A stretch of 64,000 nucleotides of DNA. Origin: Felis catus. Taxonomy: Eukaryota. Below, one piece after another: positions 14,061 through 26,116 of this stretch. The notes beneath the pieces are model-generated. The model was not told the origin of the DNA. It did no database searches and was given only the letters and a program-made list of their open reading frames with translations. How positions within the stretch are numbered: the first letter of the stretch is position 1; each line of letters opens with the position of its first letter. Where the stretch lies: assembly GCF_018350175.1 (NCBI RefSeq), contig NC_058368.1, forward strand, positions 62,498,001 through 62,562,000. Reading direction: 5' to 3'. Made by a program: the position numbers and the translations under genes.

Positions 14061-14169
14061 AACTGGTATTTAAACTGGATGGCCTGCAGGTGCCATGATA
14101 AAATGGTCCAGAAAGGAAACTGCAAATGATATACGCTTACCTTAAAGCTTATACTTTAACTTAAATCAT

Positions 14170-14572
14170 CCACTACAATCCTTACTTACCTACAGTGACA
14201 CTAGCCGCCTTGCTATTTCTCAAGCACACCAGACAAGCTCCTGTCTTGGGCTTGGCTGTTCTTGACATTCTCTTTATCCTGATAATTCCAACACATTTGC
14301 AATAATTTTGCTCAAATCACCTTCTCAATGAAATCTACCTTCTCCATAGTGTTTAACTTTTCAACCCAGAAGTTATATTCCTCGTCCTTTGTCTGATTCC
14401 TTGACCTACTCTCTTTCATGGCACTTATTTTAATAACATAATATTATTTACTTTTTGTTTATTTCCTCTGCTTCACTCAGAAGATATAAGCTACAGAAAT
14501 GGCTGGATCTTTATCCAAGATTTCCACTTTTTATAACAAGTTGCTAGACCAGTGATGACCTAATGAATGAAG
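14170..14572 (+). mobile_element. L2a-like remnant
   Basis: 'ccttgctatttctcaagcacaccagacaagctcc...gctcaaatcaccttctcaatga', ending in 'aatgaatgaa'. Confidence 0.65.
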
Positions 14573-15647
14573 TCACACAATTTTACACTCCTTTGTCAAT
14601 CTTTGTATGGAAGACACAGCTGTTTTTGTCATTAAATGCGGCTTTAAGGACGGTGTTCTCCATAACCTTTCTTGAATCAAATTCATCTATACTGTGCCAT
14701 TTAAAATTCAGGATTTTATTTAAAGCAGAGAAATGAGAACCAAAAAGTATGCTACAGTAATATATCTATGTGGAAAATACATCTCAATAGGGTGCTTCAA
14801 AAATCTGGAATTGTGAGCATATTACTATTCTGATGTTTCTTTCGGAAATAGGCCTTAACTTTATGATGTATTACTCCCAACACATGTTAACACATTAACC
14901 ACAGGAGATTACAGCTTATATAAAGTCAAAGAATCCCCATAAAATGAAAGCAGGATAATACATGAATGAAATATTTCCTATTTTCTCAGGCTTTGAGAAC
15001 ATTCTGCAATTGTTAGTTACAATGACATACAATGTGACAAACTTTCCACACTTGTTGCTTGGCATTGAGGTCAGAATTTTACAAGAAGAAAATTATTTTT
15101 ACGTTCATAATGCATTCATAATGTGTAATACCTAAGTGTATTTTACCTCATTAAATAAGTGTCTATGTCCTTTCTTCTATAATCCTTCTGCTTTTAGAAC
15201 TTATAATAAATATACTCATTTCCTTTTATATATCTGAGTGATAATGTCTATTATATTTGCAATTAGAAAAAGTAAGCATAACTAAATTATATTTGACTAA
15301 ACATCCATTCCAGGGTTAAAAGTATGTGGCCACAGCTAGACAGAGCACCGTTAGATCTCCCTTATTACAGTAGATATAGATCTTCTCAATGATAGCAGAC
15401 ATAAACTTATTTTTAGAAAGAATTTATACTGTCAAAATCCATCTCTGAATTAAGTCAAATTAGAAAGGAATAAGCTATCAAAATGGAAAAATTTAGGATG
15501 ACTTTTTAAAAAACTATATTTTTATTTGATATTCTATAGCCATTGTACCAAAAGGTGGTACCATTGTACTAAAAGGTGAATTTTTAGAAAGAGGTCAATG
15601 ACATCATTTGGATTATACTGTTTGGATGTTTTCCAAGTCATAGGTCA

Positions 15648-15666
15648 GTATATGTATGTGTGTGGG

Positions 15667-15733
<67 letters not shown>
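15648..15733. repeat. Compound (TG)n(TA)n microsatellite
   Basis: Seen directly. Confidence 0.95.
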
Positions 15734-15737
<4 letters not shown>

Positions 15738-15797
15738 GTCTTCCTTTTGTGGAATGACAAAAATGTTCTTCTTAGTTTCAATACTAGAATCTTGTTT

Positions 15798-15822
15798 TGT
15801 TGTTGTTGTTGTTGTTGTTGTT
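15798..15822. repeat. (GTT)n microsatellite
   Basis: Seen directly. Confidence 0.9.
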
Positions 15823-15848
15823 TCTCTTGAGTAAATGATTTTGGAGTT

Positions 15849-16368
15849 TTGGTAGGTAGGCGGAAAAAAGGCTTCCAAGGGTATCTGGATTCTAATTCCT
15901 AAAGCCTATACATATTACCTGAAATGGCAAAGGGAAGTTTGAAGATATGATTAAGAAAACTGAGATGAGGAGATTATCCTGCATTATACCGGTGGACACT
16001 AAATGTAATCACATATATCCTTATCAATGAGAGACAGAGGGAAATTTGACCACAGAAGAGGAGAAAGGAAAATTATCACAGAAGCAAAGAAATGTGGAAA
16101 GATTTGGTGATGCTACACTTCTGGAGTTAAAGTTGCTGAAGAAAGGGATTGTGAGCAATGACTGCCATTCTAGATGCTGAAAATGATGAGGACATGGTTC
16201 CTTCCCTAGAGCCACTGAAAGGCTCTAGGAATGTAGGCTTACCAGTACTGGTTTTGGATTAGTGAAACCCATTTCAGACTTCTGACCTCCATAGCTATTA
16301 GTTTATGTTATTTTAAACCATTAAGCTAGTGGTAATTTGTTATAGCAGCAATAGGAAATTAATGAACA
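15849..16368 (+). mobile_element. MLT1D-like solo LTR
   Basis: 'gagatgaggagattatcctg', 'ttcagacttctgacctcca', 'gtggtaatttgttatagcagcaataggaaattaat'. Confidence 0.85.
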
Positions 16369-17734
16369 TGGTAAATCATGTAACTATTCATGCTAGCTTT
16401 TTTGCCTTTGTCTTTCAAAACCTAGGATCAAACTGTCATCAGGATTTTAATCAGCACAGTTGGTTGGTCTTAATGACATTTATTTTAATCCCATCTCACT
16501 TTACTTTCATCATCTATCACTTCTGATTTTCAAGCCTATCCAGTAATATTTGTTGAATTGTATGCATTATATAAGGTCACCCAAGGCATCCAACAATTTC
16601 ATTTGCTTTCTTTGATTTTCTTTCTTACCATTTTCATCTTAAGGATCTGGAACTTTGTGATGGATTTCCCAAAATATGATGGTTCTTAGTGACCTTTGAA
16701 GTATCACACCAAGGGGATTTTTATCTCCCTGTGGCCTGAGGAACTGCCTGGTAGTAAGTTAAGGACTTAAGAAGATACTTTAAATCTTATATGCTCTAGA
16801 GTACTATTAATGACATGGAAGCAGTAATGCACTAAATATACTGTTATATATTCAGCACAACACAGCAGGTTTCATGATCTATATATTTTACCCTTCCTGC
16901 AAAACAGTATTGTGCAGAAAGAATATCAAAACAAATACCCATTGATCATGTACTTTGTGTATATTCTTGTATTCTTAAAGGAAAAAGTATTTATGTTTCT
17001 GAAGCATGGCTATGAGCTTGTGCTTATGTAAAGGAGATCAGACATCACTCATAAATTTTAAGAATTTTAACAAATCTCTGCTCTAAATGTCAAAAATATG
17101 TATGAGATCCCCGTATTTATTTGTAGTTTCATTTGAAATAGTTGTAACTTAAAAACTAAATAAAACCTTTTTTTCTAAGCACATGGACATTCTGCCATAT
17201 TACCTCTATAATCCGTGTTTTGATTTTCCATTGTTAGGCCTTTGATACACACATGGAGTCCACCCTTATATATAGTATGGAATCTAGTGATGACAATTTT
17301 TCTAAATATATGCTGTATTAATTAATTTAAATGAAAACTGAAAGAGACCAACATTAAACTTATCTTGAAATTATTTAAAAAACATGTTTTTGGTCTGAAT
17401 TGGCCTCTCAATATTTCCATTATTGTCTTCCTTATGTGTCTCTAGTTACTGGAATCCTTATTCTTGGTCTTCCAAAGATTTCTAGAAAAGCAGTCAATTT
17501 CTCAAACCACTTTTCTGAGCCACAACAAAAGCATGCTAATTCAATGCCATTGCAAAAACTATCACTTAGAATAAATAACCATTTAAACAAACTGAAGTTT
17601 TATTTTTCTTCATTATTTGAAGTAAAAAAGAAAAATAATGTGAAAAATTCTAATAGAAAATGCTACTAAATTAGTTTGAATCTTTTAGCCCACTGTTATC
17701 CATTTGATAAATTGTCTTTTAAAAACACTAACTA

Positions 17735-17963
17735 GGGGCGCCTGTGTGGCGCAGTCGGTTAAGCCCCCGACTTCAGCCAGGTCAGGATCTCACGGTACGT
17801 GAGTTCGAGCCCCGCGTCGGGCTCTGGGCTGATGGCTCAGAGCCTGGAGCCTGTTTCCGATTCTGTGTCTCCCTCTCTCTCTGCCCCTCCCCCGTTCATG
17901 CTCTGTCTCTCTCTGTCCCAAAAATAAATAAACGTTGAAAAAAAAAAATTTTTTTTTAAAATA
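17735..17963 (+). mobile_element. Young feline SINEC_Fc-type SINE
   Basis: CpG-rich, near consensus; TSD aaaaacactaacta (17721-17734 / 17964-17977). Confidence 0.97.
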
Positions 17964-18313
17964 AAAAACACTAACTAAAATGTGCTTTCTGTAGATTTTT
18001 AATTTACTTTTTTTTTTCACACAGTGAGACATGACAATAGAGAAATTAAATAATTGAAATGAAGAGTAACTCAGGTTAAAATTTAGGAATAACTTCATGA
18101 TAGGTTGGGAAATTAAATAAACCTGTGGAAAAAGAGGAACCTTGTAAACTCCTTTTATGCAGCAGAAATTGGGGGTTTATTCTCCATAGACAAAATCCTA
18201 AGTATGTCATCCTCAGGGTTTAAGGATTTTTGCCTATTTTATTTCTATTGTATCCTTAGGTCCTGTACTGCAAATGGGTACCTAAAAGGTGCTCAATAAT
18301 ATGGTGACTAATT

Positions 18314-18521
18314 GGGGTGCTGGGTGGCTCAGTGGGTTAAGTATCCAACTTCAGCTCAGGTCAAGATCTCATGGTCCGTGAGTTCAAGCCCCATGTCGGG
18401 CTCTGTGCTGTCAGTTCAGAGCTTGGAGCCTGCACTGGATTCTGTCTCCCTCTCTCTCTGCCACTCCCCCACTGACATTCTGTCTCTCAAAAAATGAATA
18501 AACATTAAAACTTTTTTTTAA
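18314..18521 (+). mobile_element. Can-SINE
   Basis: 16-bp TSD aatatggtgactaatt (18298-18313 / 18522-18537). Confidence 0.96.
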
Positions 18522-19254
18522 AATATGGTGACTAATTAAATAAACATGTAGTTTTATAGATGGACAGCTGGATTGATGGTTGAGTGGAAGGACTATTCTT
18601 TTAAACTCCGTAATTTGATTGATTTCTATGTATTTTCTATGCTTCTATATAATTTCTACACACAAAATCTAAAGGGATGACAGTTGGGGCACTCAGCAGG
18701 ATGGCTGAAAACAGTATGTGATGGAAGTCTAAGGGTCTTGATTAAAGTAAATGAGATTGACTTTTTGATCAGCAAAGAAAAGTTTATTAATAGAAAAAAA
18801 ATATTGACAGTTGGAAAGAAAAATAAGAGGAGGACTTGTGTGAGATTCATTTGTTGATTGTGGCAAAACTAGGTTCTATGAAAAAAAAAACAAAATATTT
18901 CTAATATCACTTACTAATAACCTTGATAAATCTCAGACATTTTGTCTGAAGCAAAATTATAGTCTTAAGAGTCTAGTCGTTTCTCTAGATGAAGAGATGA
19001 GTAAAATTATGAGTATATGAAATACATATGCACATAAAATATGCAAGCATATATATAAATAGTCATTCAGTATGTATCCATGACATAAAAGTAGTAAGAC
19101 ATATGAATTATTTAACATCATCTAATTAGCATTTCAGAGCACACACAATTTCCTTGGGAGGATCTTTCAAAGATTAAATATAATTTCTTTCCTCAAAAAA
19201 AAATGACAAGCTAATCATTAGTCCATACCAAAATAGCATCACATGAGCTATTTT

Positions 19255-19472
19255 TTTTTTATTTTTTTTCAACGTTTATTTATTTTTGGGACAGAGAGAG
19301 ACAGAGCATGAACGGGGGAGGGGCAGAGAGAGAGGGAGACACAGAATCGGAAACAGGCTCCAGGCTCTGAGCCATCAGCCCCAAGCCCGACGGGGGGCTC
19401 GAACTCACAGACCGCGAGATCGTGACCTGGCTGAAGTCGGACGTTTAATCGACTGCGCCACCCAGGCGCCCC
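19255..19472 (-). mobile_element. Young feline SINEC_Fc-type SINE
   Basis: Ends 'cgccacccaggcgcccc'; TSD cacatgagctatttt (19240-19254 / 19474-19488). Confidence 0.97.
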
Positions 19473-19642
19473 ACACATGAGCTATTTTAAATAGCAATTA
19501 TTCATCAGAACAGAGTTTAAGAGAAAACTAGATTTCATTGAGTTTGAAATCTAAGCAGGAAAACAACATAACAACTTTGTAAATAAAAGCATTACTTAAA
19601 GAAAAAAAGAACCATAGATTCTCAATTAAAATCTACTAGCCA

Positions 19643-19875
19643 GGGGTGCTTGGGTGGCTTACTAGCTTGAGCAGCCGACTTCAGCTCAGGTCATGATCTC
19701 ACGGCTTGTGAGTTCAAGCCCAGCATTGGGCTCTGCGCTGACAGTTCAGAGCCTGGAGCCTGCTTCAGATTCTGTGTCTCCCTCTCTCTCTCTGCCCCTC
19801 CCCTGCTCACACTCTGTCTCTGTCTCTCTCTCTCAAAAATAAATAAACATTAAAAAAAAAAAAAAAAAAACAAAT
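19643..19875 (+). mobile_element. Can-SINE
   Basis: Head, CT tract, poly-A; TSD tactagcca (19634-19642 / 19876-19884). Confidence 0.95.
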
Positions 19876-20659
19876 TACTAGCCAAATGTTTTTTCATCCC
19901 TTTTTGATAAGAAAGTGTAAGATATCTGTTTACTCATTTTTTAAATACATAAAATTGTTATGGTAGGAAGAAAGCATTAATCACCATTAATTTCAGTTTT
20001 ATTATTGTTTATTATCTATCTGGATCTGCTTTTCTCAAAGTTCTGTTCTTTAATTAAAACTCAGTCAATTCTCTGATGAAGTTTGTGACTTTAGATTAAC
20101 ATCAGCTAATTGCATGAACAATTCAACAAAGTATTTTCATACAAAAAGCACACCGACAATAATGAACATGGATGAAGGTTCACATTACAGGCAGATGATG
20201 GGATTACTAGTTTTAATCACTGTTCTAAGAACTGTTTCACTTGAACCACTACAAACTTTATACGAATACAATAAAATCATTACTGATTTTACCATATTTA
20301 TAAATTTAAAAATAAAACCTTTGAATTTTACCTAACCATTCATATCAAATATGAAATAACTAATTTCTCATCATTTTTGTAATATTTTTGTCTTATGTTT
20401 CATTGTTATCTCTGAAAGGTGCTCTTAATTCTTTCTAACAGCTTTTGAAATGTCAAATCATTAAAATTATAATGGATTAACAATAAAATTCTTCTGAATA
20501 CAAACTAGACTAAAATTATGGTATGTTATGTGCCTTTGCCCCAGCATCATCTTTTCACTAGGGAAATATCTATGATCTATTATGAGTAATCCAGTCCTTT
20601 TATAGATTTAACATGCACAGATTTAGTTGTTGTGGAAATACCATCTCATGATATAAAAT

Positions 20660-21120
20660 TCATCTATTCATTAATACACCCATTGAATAAGTAGTATTAA
20701 ATACCTATTAAGAGCACTGGATGAGAGCACAAAGGAATGTAACAGATACTAATATGATTTATGGAATTTATAGTCTTGGAGGAAGAAATATATACTAAGC
20801 AACTAATTATACAAAAAATGTGTATTACAAATGTTTGTGACTAAGTGCCACAAAGAAGAAGAAAAAAAAAAAGAGGATATTCTGTTTGAAAGATAATGGG
20901 AGAAGATGCATGGTTAAGGTTAGAGAATCAAGGGAAGATAAGTCTGATATTTAAACAGATAACTGTGGGTGAATAAAGGGTTTAGTCAAATCAAGCTTAA
21001 GCCAAAGAGTATTCCAGACACAGGACAGAAAGTCTGTTAAAGTCATTAAAAAAAAAAAAAAAAATTGGTATTTGCTGAAAGGAGATCTGTATGTGATGTA
21101 GCCAAAATGTGTGACCAACT
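20660..21120 (-). mobile_element. L2 remnant
   Basis: Antisense L2 3' end: 'atggaatttatagtcttggaggaaga...aagcaactaattatacaa'. Confidence 0.6.
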
Positions 21121-21174
21121 TAGTAACCAACTCAACAAGTACATATAGTAGAACTGCATTAGATGTAATAAGTT

Positions 21175-21585
21175 CTATTAGTCTACTCAGACTGCCATAA
21201 CAAAATACTACAGACAAGGGGGTTTACTACAGAAATTTTTTTTTTTTTTTTTTACAGTTCTCGAGGCTGGAAGTCCAAGATCAAGGTGTTAGCAAGGTTT
21301 GGTTTCTCCTGAGGCCTCTCTCCTTGGCTTGAGACAGTTGCTTCCTCCCTGTGGCCTCACCTGGACTTTTCTTTGTGATCAGGCATCCGTGATGTCCCTT
21401 TTGTGTTCAGACTTCCTCTTCTGATAAGGACACCAATCAGGTTGCATTAGGGCCCACTCTTGGCCTCATTTCAACTTAATCACTTATTTTAAGTCCCCCA
21501 TTTCCAAATACAGTCACATTCTGAGGTACTAGGGTTTAGGGCTTTACCATATGAATTTTCTGAAGACATGATTTAGACTATAACA
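21175..21585 (-). mobile_element. MLT1B-like solo LTR
   Basis: 'ctgccataacaaaatactacagac...ggctggaagtccaagatcaagg...cagtcacattctgaggtactaggg...ataaca'. Confidence 0.88.
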
Positions 21586-23929
21586 CAAACTTTTTTATAT
21601 GTGGCATAAAACTAAGCCAAATACGTGAGAATAATTTCAGAGTCCTACTCTCTCTTCCCCACCTTTTTCTCAACTTGGAAGTTAAGAAAAAAGAGTAAAA
21701 TATGGAAAATAAAATGTAGAAGCTATAAAAAATTACAGAAAAACAGAACATGTTAATCATCAACTGTATATAGATATATCCTGAAAATACTGAGATCAGC
21801 AAAACCATCTGTTTTCAATAAAAACAGGGTGATAGTGGGTAAAAAGTTGAAATAGATTTGCATATACAAAAAAGAGGCAAGCCTTTTAATAAATATGTTT
21901 GATGCCACAAAACATTTTTTCTTGTGGAGTCAGGGCTTTTATTCATAACTGTGAAAACAAAAAAAGTATCTGAAATAACACATAGGTCAGCTCATGCAGT
22001 CTACAGAACACCAAATATTCCTTAATTCAAGGGTCTGAAGTGACGAATGCACTTTTAAAAAATAAAATAACAAATATGTATTACCATTTTTCTTAACAGA
22101 CATATAAAAAAACAGTACTCAAACTAAGTAATTTCCAAAAATGAAAACTTGATTTTGGTATGGTCAAAACAACTACCAATCCTGAAAAATTTTGCATGAG
22201 AAGTTTCTTTTAACTTAGTTTAATTTTATCTCAGACTCAGTTTAAAATTATTAGTTGAATATAAAAAATATAGAGGAGTAGTGAGATTAAGCGTTTCAGT
22301 GGGACAAAATCAAGCTTAATATTAAGTGAAATTAATCAAACGATATATTGATGGTAAACATAAAAATGCATTCATTAAATTGGGCCCACTGCTATGATGG
22401 ATAACAAAGGATAGCAAATGAAATATAAAAGTAACATCCGTAGTATCAAATCTCATAATTCACTAGAAAATCTAATAAATATAAAACAATTAAAGAATAA
22501 CTAAAACTATGACAAATTTACTGACCTTAAATACAAAAGGTCACTAGAAAAAAGAATCCTCCTTCCTTCAATCTATCTTTTCCCCCTTTTGTTTCTTCTC
22601 TCTTTCATTTACTTCCTTTTAAAGTCATTCACCTAAGTCTATATGAGAAGAATCAGGGTAGAGACTCAAAATAAAATCTGACCCATATAAAACATCTGTT
22701 CTCAAAAACTTACATTATAATAGGGAGTCTTCACAGCAATCTTTATCACTATGGTAACTGTTCCCTCTTCTAATTGATATTTACTTTTCTTAACATCCTC
22801 ACCTGGCAAAAAGTTCACATTCTAATGAGGCACCGATATAAATTAAAATATATTTTATAATATAAAGTGAAAAATGTTGAAAGAGGTTATTGTCAAGGAG
22901 AATGACTGATTAATGTACCTTTCTTATCAGGAAGAATCAGCATAACAATATCTTGAAACTATGTCCAAGGAATACAACTTTGAAATTTAAGAGATATTCT
23001 AGGTGAAAAAGAGAAGGGAGAGTTCTATTTATATCAATATTTAGAACTAGATCATCAGGAAACAAACACACTCATAGAACATTAAACGATGTGTAATGTA
23101 AAATGTATTTTTGAAATAGCAAGTGATAGAAAATATGTATGAGTACACAAAAAGGAAAGGAAATATACCAGTGGAACAGAGAAAAATAAAGTACGAACAC
23201 TGTCACAATGTTAACTTCTTGGGGTGACTGCATCTGGGTATCCAATTGGTTGAGTTTATAGCCCACAAAAAAATGGGCATCACTTTGGGCCCATATAAAG
23301 TGAGACTTGAACATGGCACTCTTACATGCAAGTGTAATAGCAAAGCTACATTGAAACCCTACAACTTCAGTGAATGGCTGGATTAAGAAACTAAATCTCT
23401 TAGCAGCACAGAAAGAGACAAAGGAGATCTGATTCTCTAGTTCTAAGGCCCAGCATAACAAGTTTTTACATTCTATTCATAACAAGACAGCAAACTTCCT
23501 TTATGTTTGAGGTTCACCTGTATGTTCTCTGGACTTTCCAATAAACCTCAGACAAAAATATTAACCCTAAAACATTACATGAGGTCAAACCATATGGGCA
23601 GCTGACAGAAGTAAGCCTAAAACCACTGTGGAGATTGTTCCAGTTTTTCCATAAAGACTATTTAAATTTAAAAATAAATTTAAAGTAAAAAGCGTAAACA
23701 TTCAATAATCCTTCAAAGGGGAAAGTCAGAAGACAGAATGGATTGAAAAACTAGAAAGCCCAAAACTACAAAGAATAAAATTATCTGATAGATACTAAAA
23801 TATTTATGAAACAATAAAAAATATTTTGTGAAAAGTATCAGTGTGAAAAGAGTTGAATGAAACATAAAATAAAACTTACAGAAATAAAAAAATTATAATT
23901 AAAAATGTTTTCCATATGCATATTTTTAA

Positions 23930-24780
23930 ATGTGGGAAGATAGAGTTGACATACTTTTCTCTCACTAATTATATATGGTCACATTACATATAAAACAAAT
24001 ACAAAAAAAAATTCTGAAAGGTAGAGAAAAAGAAGGCAGTCTAGGTAGAGACATTAGGATGTAGGGAATGACAATGATAAATTCCTTGGGTTTTCCATCT
24101 GCCTCATATATCCCAAGCTTGGCGCTTAAGAAGCCAGCAGCTTGTCAACTCCAACAGTTATACAAATAAAAGCTCCAACAAAAGTCTTTTCTCTCTATTC
24201 AAAAGACCAGAAAAAGAGCAAACCTGAAAGACAGAAACTATTTTGGTGACAACCATTCTGTTCTAGCCAAATGCCACCACAGAAAAAATTGCTGCCCCAC
24301 CCCATTCCCATACACATACCCGCCAACACAAGACTTCACTCTGTCCATGCTGTGACAAGGTATCCAAACCCTCTGCCATCCTAGTCTGAGAAAAGCCTGA
24401 ATAGGGACCCAGAATTTTTATTTCCATCTATATAATGTGACAAGACCTTCTGGAGAGCATGTACTTCCACCCCCATCCAGCAGGAAAGACAGTGCTTCCA
24501 CTCCATGCTGTGGTGGTGTCAGGGCAGGTCTGGCGGTGAGGCAACTAGGCTTTTACCACCACCCAACCAGAACAAACCCACAAAGACCACATTGAGAGTG
24601 GGGACCATGTGGAGAGCTGAAACTCCTGGCCTTGTGTGGCAGCAACAGGAAGGAGGCCTCCCCTCCTGGTTGTCAACAGGACAAGTGATTGAAAGAAGGA
24701 CTTCTATAAAAGTGATGAGGTAACGCCTGGGCTCCTCACTTTCTCTTTTGCTGCTGGAGAGGTGTCAGAAAAATATAATA
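23930..24780 (+). mobile_element. Ancient L1 (L1M4-like) 5' region
   Basis: 'ctgaaaggtagagaaaaagaaggcag...ttccttgggttttccatctgcctcatatatccca' resembles old L1 5' UTR consensus. Confidence 0.55.
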
Positions 24781-25354
24781 ATAGAAGTGCTCATTTTTTC
24801 TGACTGAAACGAAATTATTTGTAGGGTCTTATAGGGCATTTTTGGTACATATAACTTGTTTTGGAGACCACCTGTTGTTTTTTGCTGGTAATGTGGTCAG
24901 GAGTAGCAACCTTAAACTTAACAAATAATTACTGAATGGATTATTGAAAAGACTTTAAAAGTACATTTGTATGCAAAAATAAAAAACAAAAAATAGTAAT
25001 TTTTCATCTTTTAGTTACATTTCTAGCAAATTGTTACTAATAAAGGCCAATGAAAAAAAGGAAGTGAAGACAGCTTATTAACATTTTTTTTACTAATAAA
25101 ATCATCAGACTGCTACATGGGTATGAATAAGACATAAGAAATGTGTGAGCTATCAATGTATTACATGGCTAACCAGCATTATAGTTCAATATGGTCCTGC
25201 CTAAACAAATACGAATGTAGCTCATCAAGACGTTCCAACATGAGATAGGTATTAAGGAATGATAAAGGTAAGCCATCTGTTTTCATTTTCATAAAAATTA
25301 ATATGCTAAACAGGAAATTTAGGAAGAAATTAATTTTACATAATAGTCATTCCC

Positions 25355-26116
25355 TCAGTGTTCAACTTGAGGCTATAACAAAATACCACAGACTTGGTGA
25401 CTTGAAACAATAAACATTTATTTTTCCCAGTTCTGAAGATTGTGACATTCAAAATGAAGGTAGTACTGGAGGAGTTGGTTCCTGGTGAAAACCTGCTTCC
25501 TGGTTTGCAAATGTTTGCATTTTGTTCTACTATGTTCCCACATGGCAAAGAGAGCTATCCCTGCCTCATCTAACAGCCTTTTTTAAAACCCAGGAATACT
25601 GTTTCGATGGAGTATTTCGATGGAGCCGAAGAATAGAACCGAGGAACAAGGTTAAAAGCAGCAGAGGCACCAAGTTTATTAGGGTGAGAATGAAACAAAA
25701 GAAAAAGACTCCCGCTACTTGGGAAGGGCTCCTTGAGGAGAAGGAGGCTAAGGAGTCCTGTAGGGAAGGCTTACATGGGTTACAGTGGGGGGTACATTTT
25801 GAGGGGAAGTTACTGTGTAGCTGCTAAACCAAGATGCGGTCTGGGAAGTTTTGTTCCAGGAAGCGGGTGTTTCAGAAGGCCTGGTACTTTCTGCTTTGTT
25901 GTAAATAAGGGGCCACCTATCCCTAACTGTCCAAGGTCAGGCTGTCTCCTGTCTCACTCCTCTTACAAAGATACTAATACCATGAGGGCCGCACCATCAT
26001 GAACTCATCAAAACCTAATTACCTCACAAATATCCCACTTCCAAACACCATTGCACTGGGGTTCAGACCTGTTTTAACATATGAATTCTGGGGAAACATA
26101 CACATTAAATCCACAA
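25355..26116 (-). mobile_element. MLT1A-like LTR split by a nested insertion
   Basis: Left half 'gctataacaaaataccacagact...cacatggcaaagagag'; right half 'ctcttacaaagatactaat...catgagggc...aacatatgaattctgggg'. Confidence 0.82.
25600..25956 (-). mobile_element. Nested ERV-type solo LTR, probably carnivore-specific
   Basis: GC-richer, CpG-retaining block with TG...CA ends and AATAAA on the minus strand (tttatt 25675-25680); interrupts MLT1A. Confidence 0.65.

Noticed and set aside
17744..17938. Recurring ORFs like 'WRSRLS.RLQPG.DL.V.EFEPRV' (also 19269, 50136, 54715) suggesting a gene family
   Set aside because: They are translations of SINEC_Fc copies.
23072..23461. 129-aa minus-strand ORF in apparently unique DNA
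   Set aside because: No recognisable domain, hydrophobic composition typical of antisense A-rich DNA, and no convincing splice signals.
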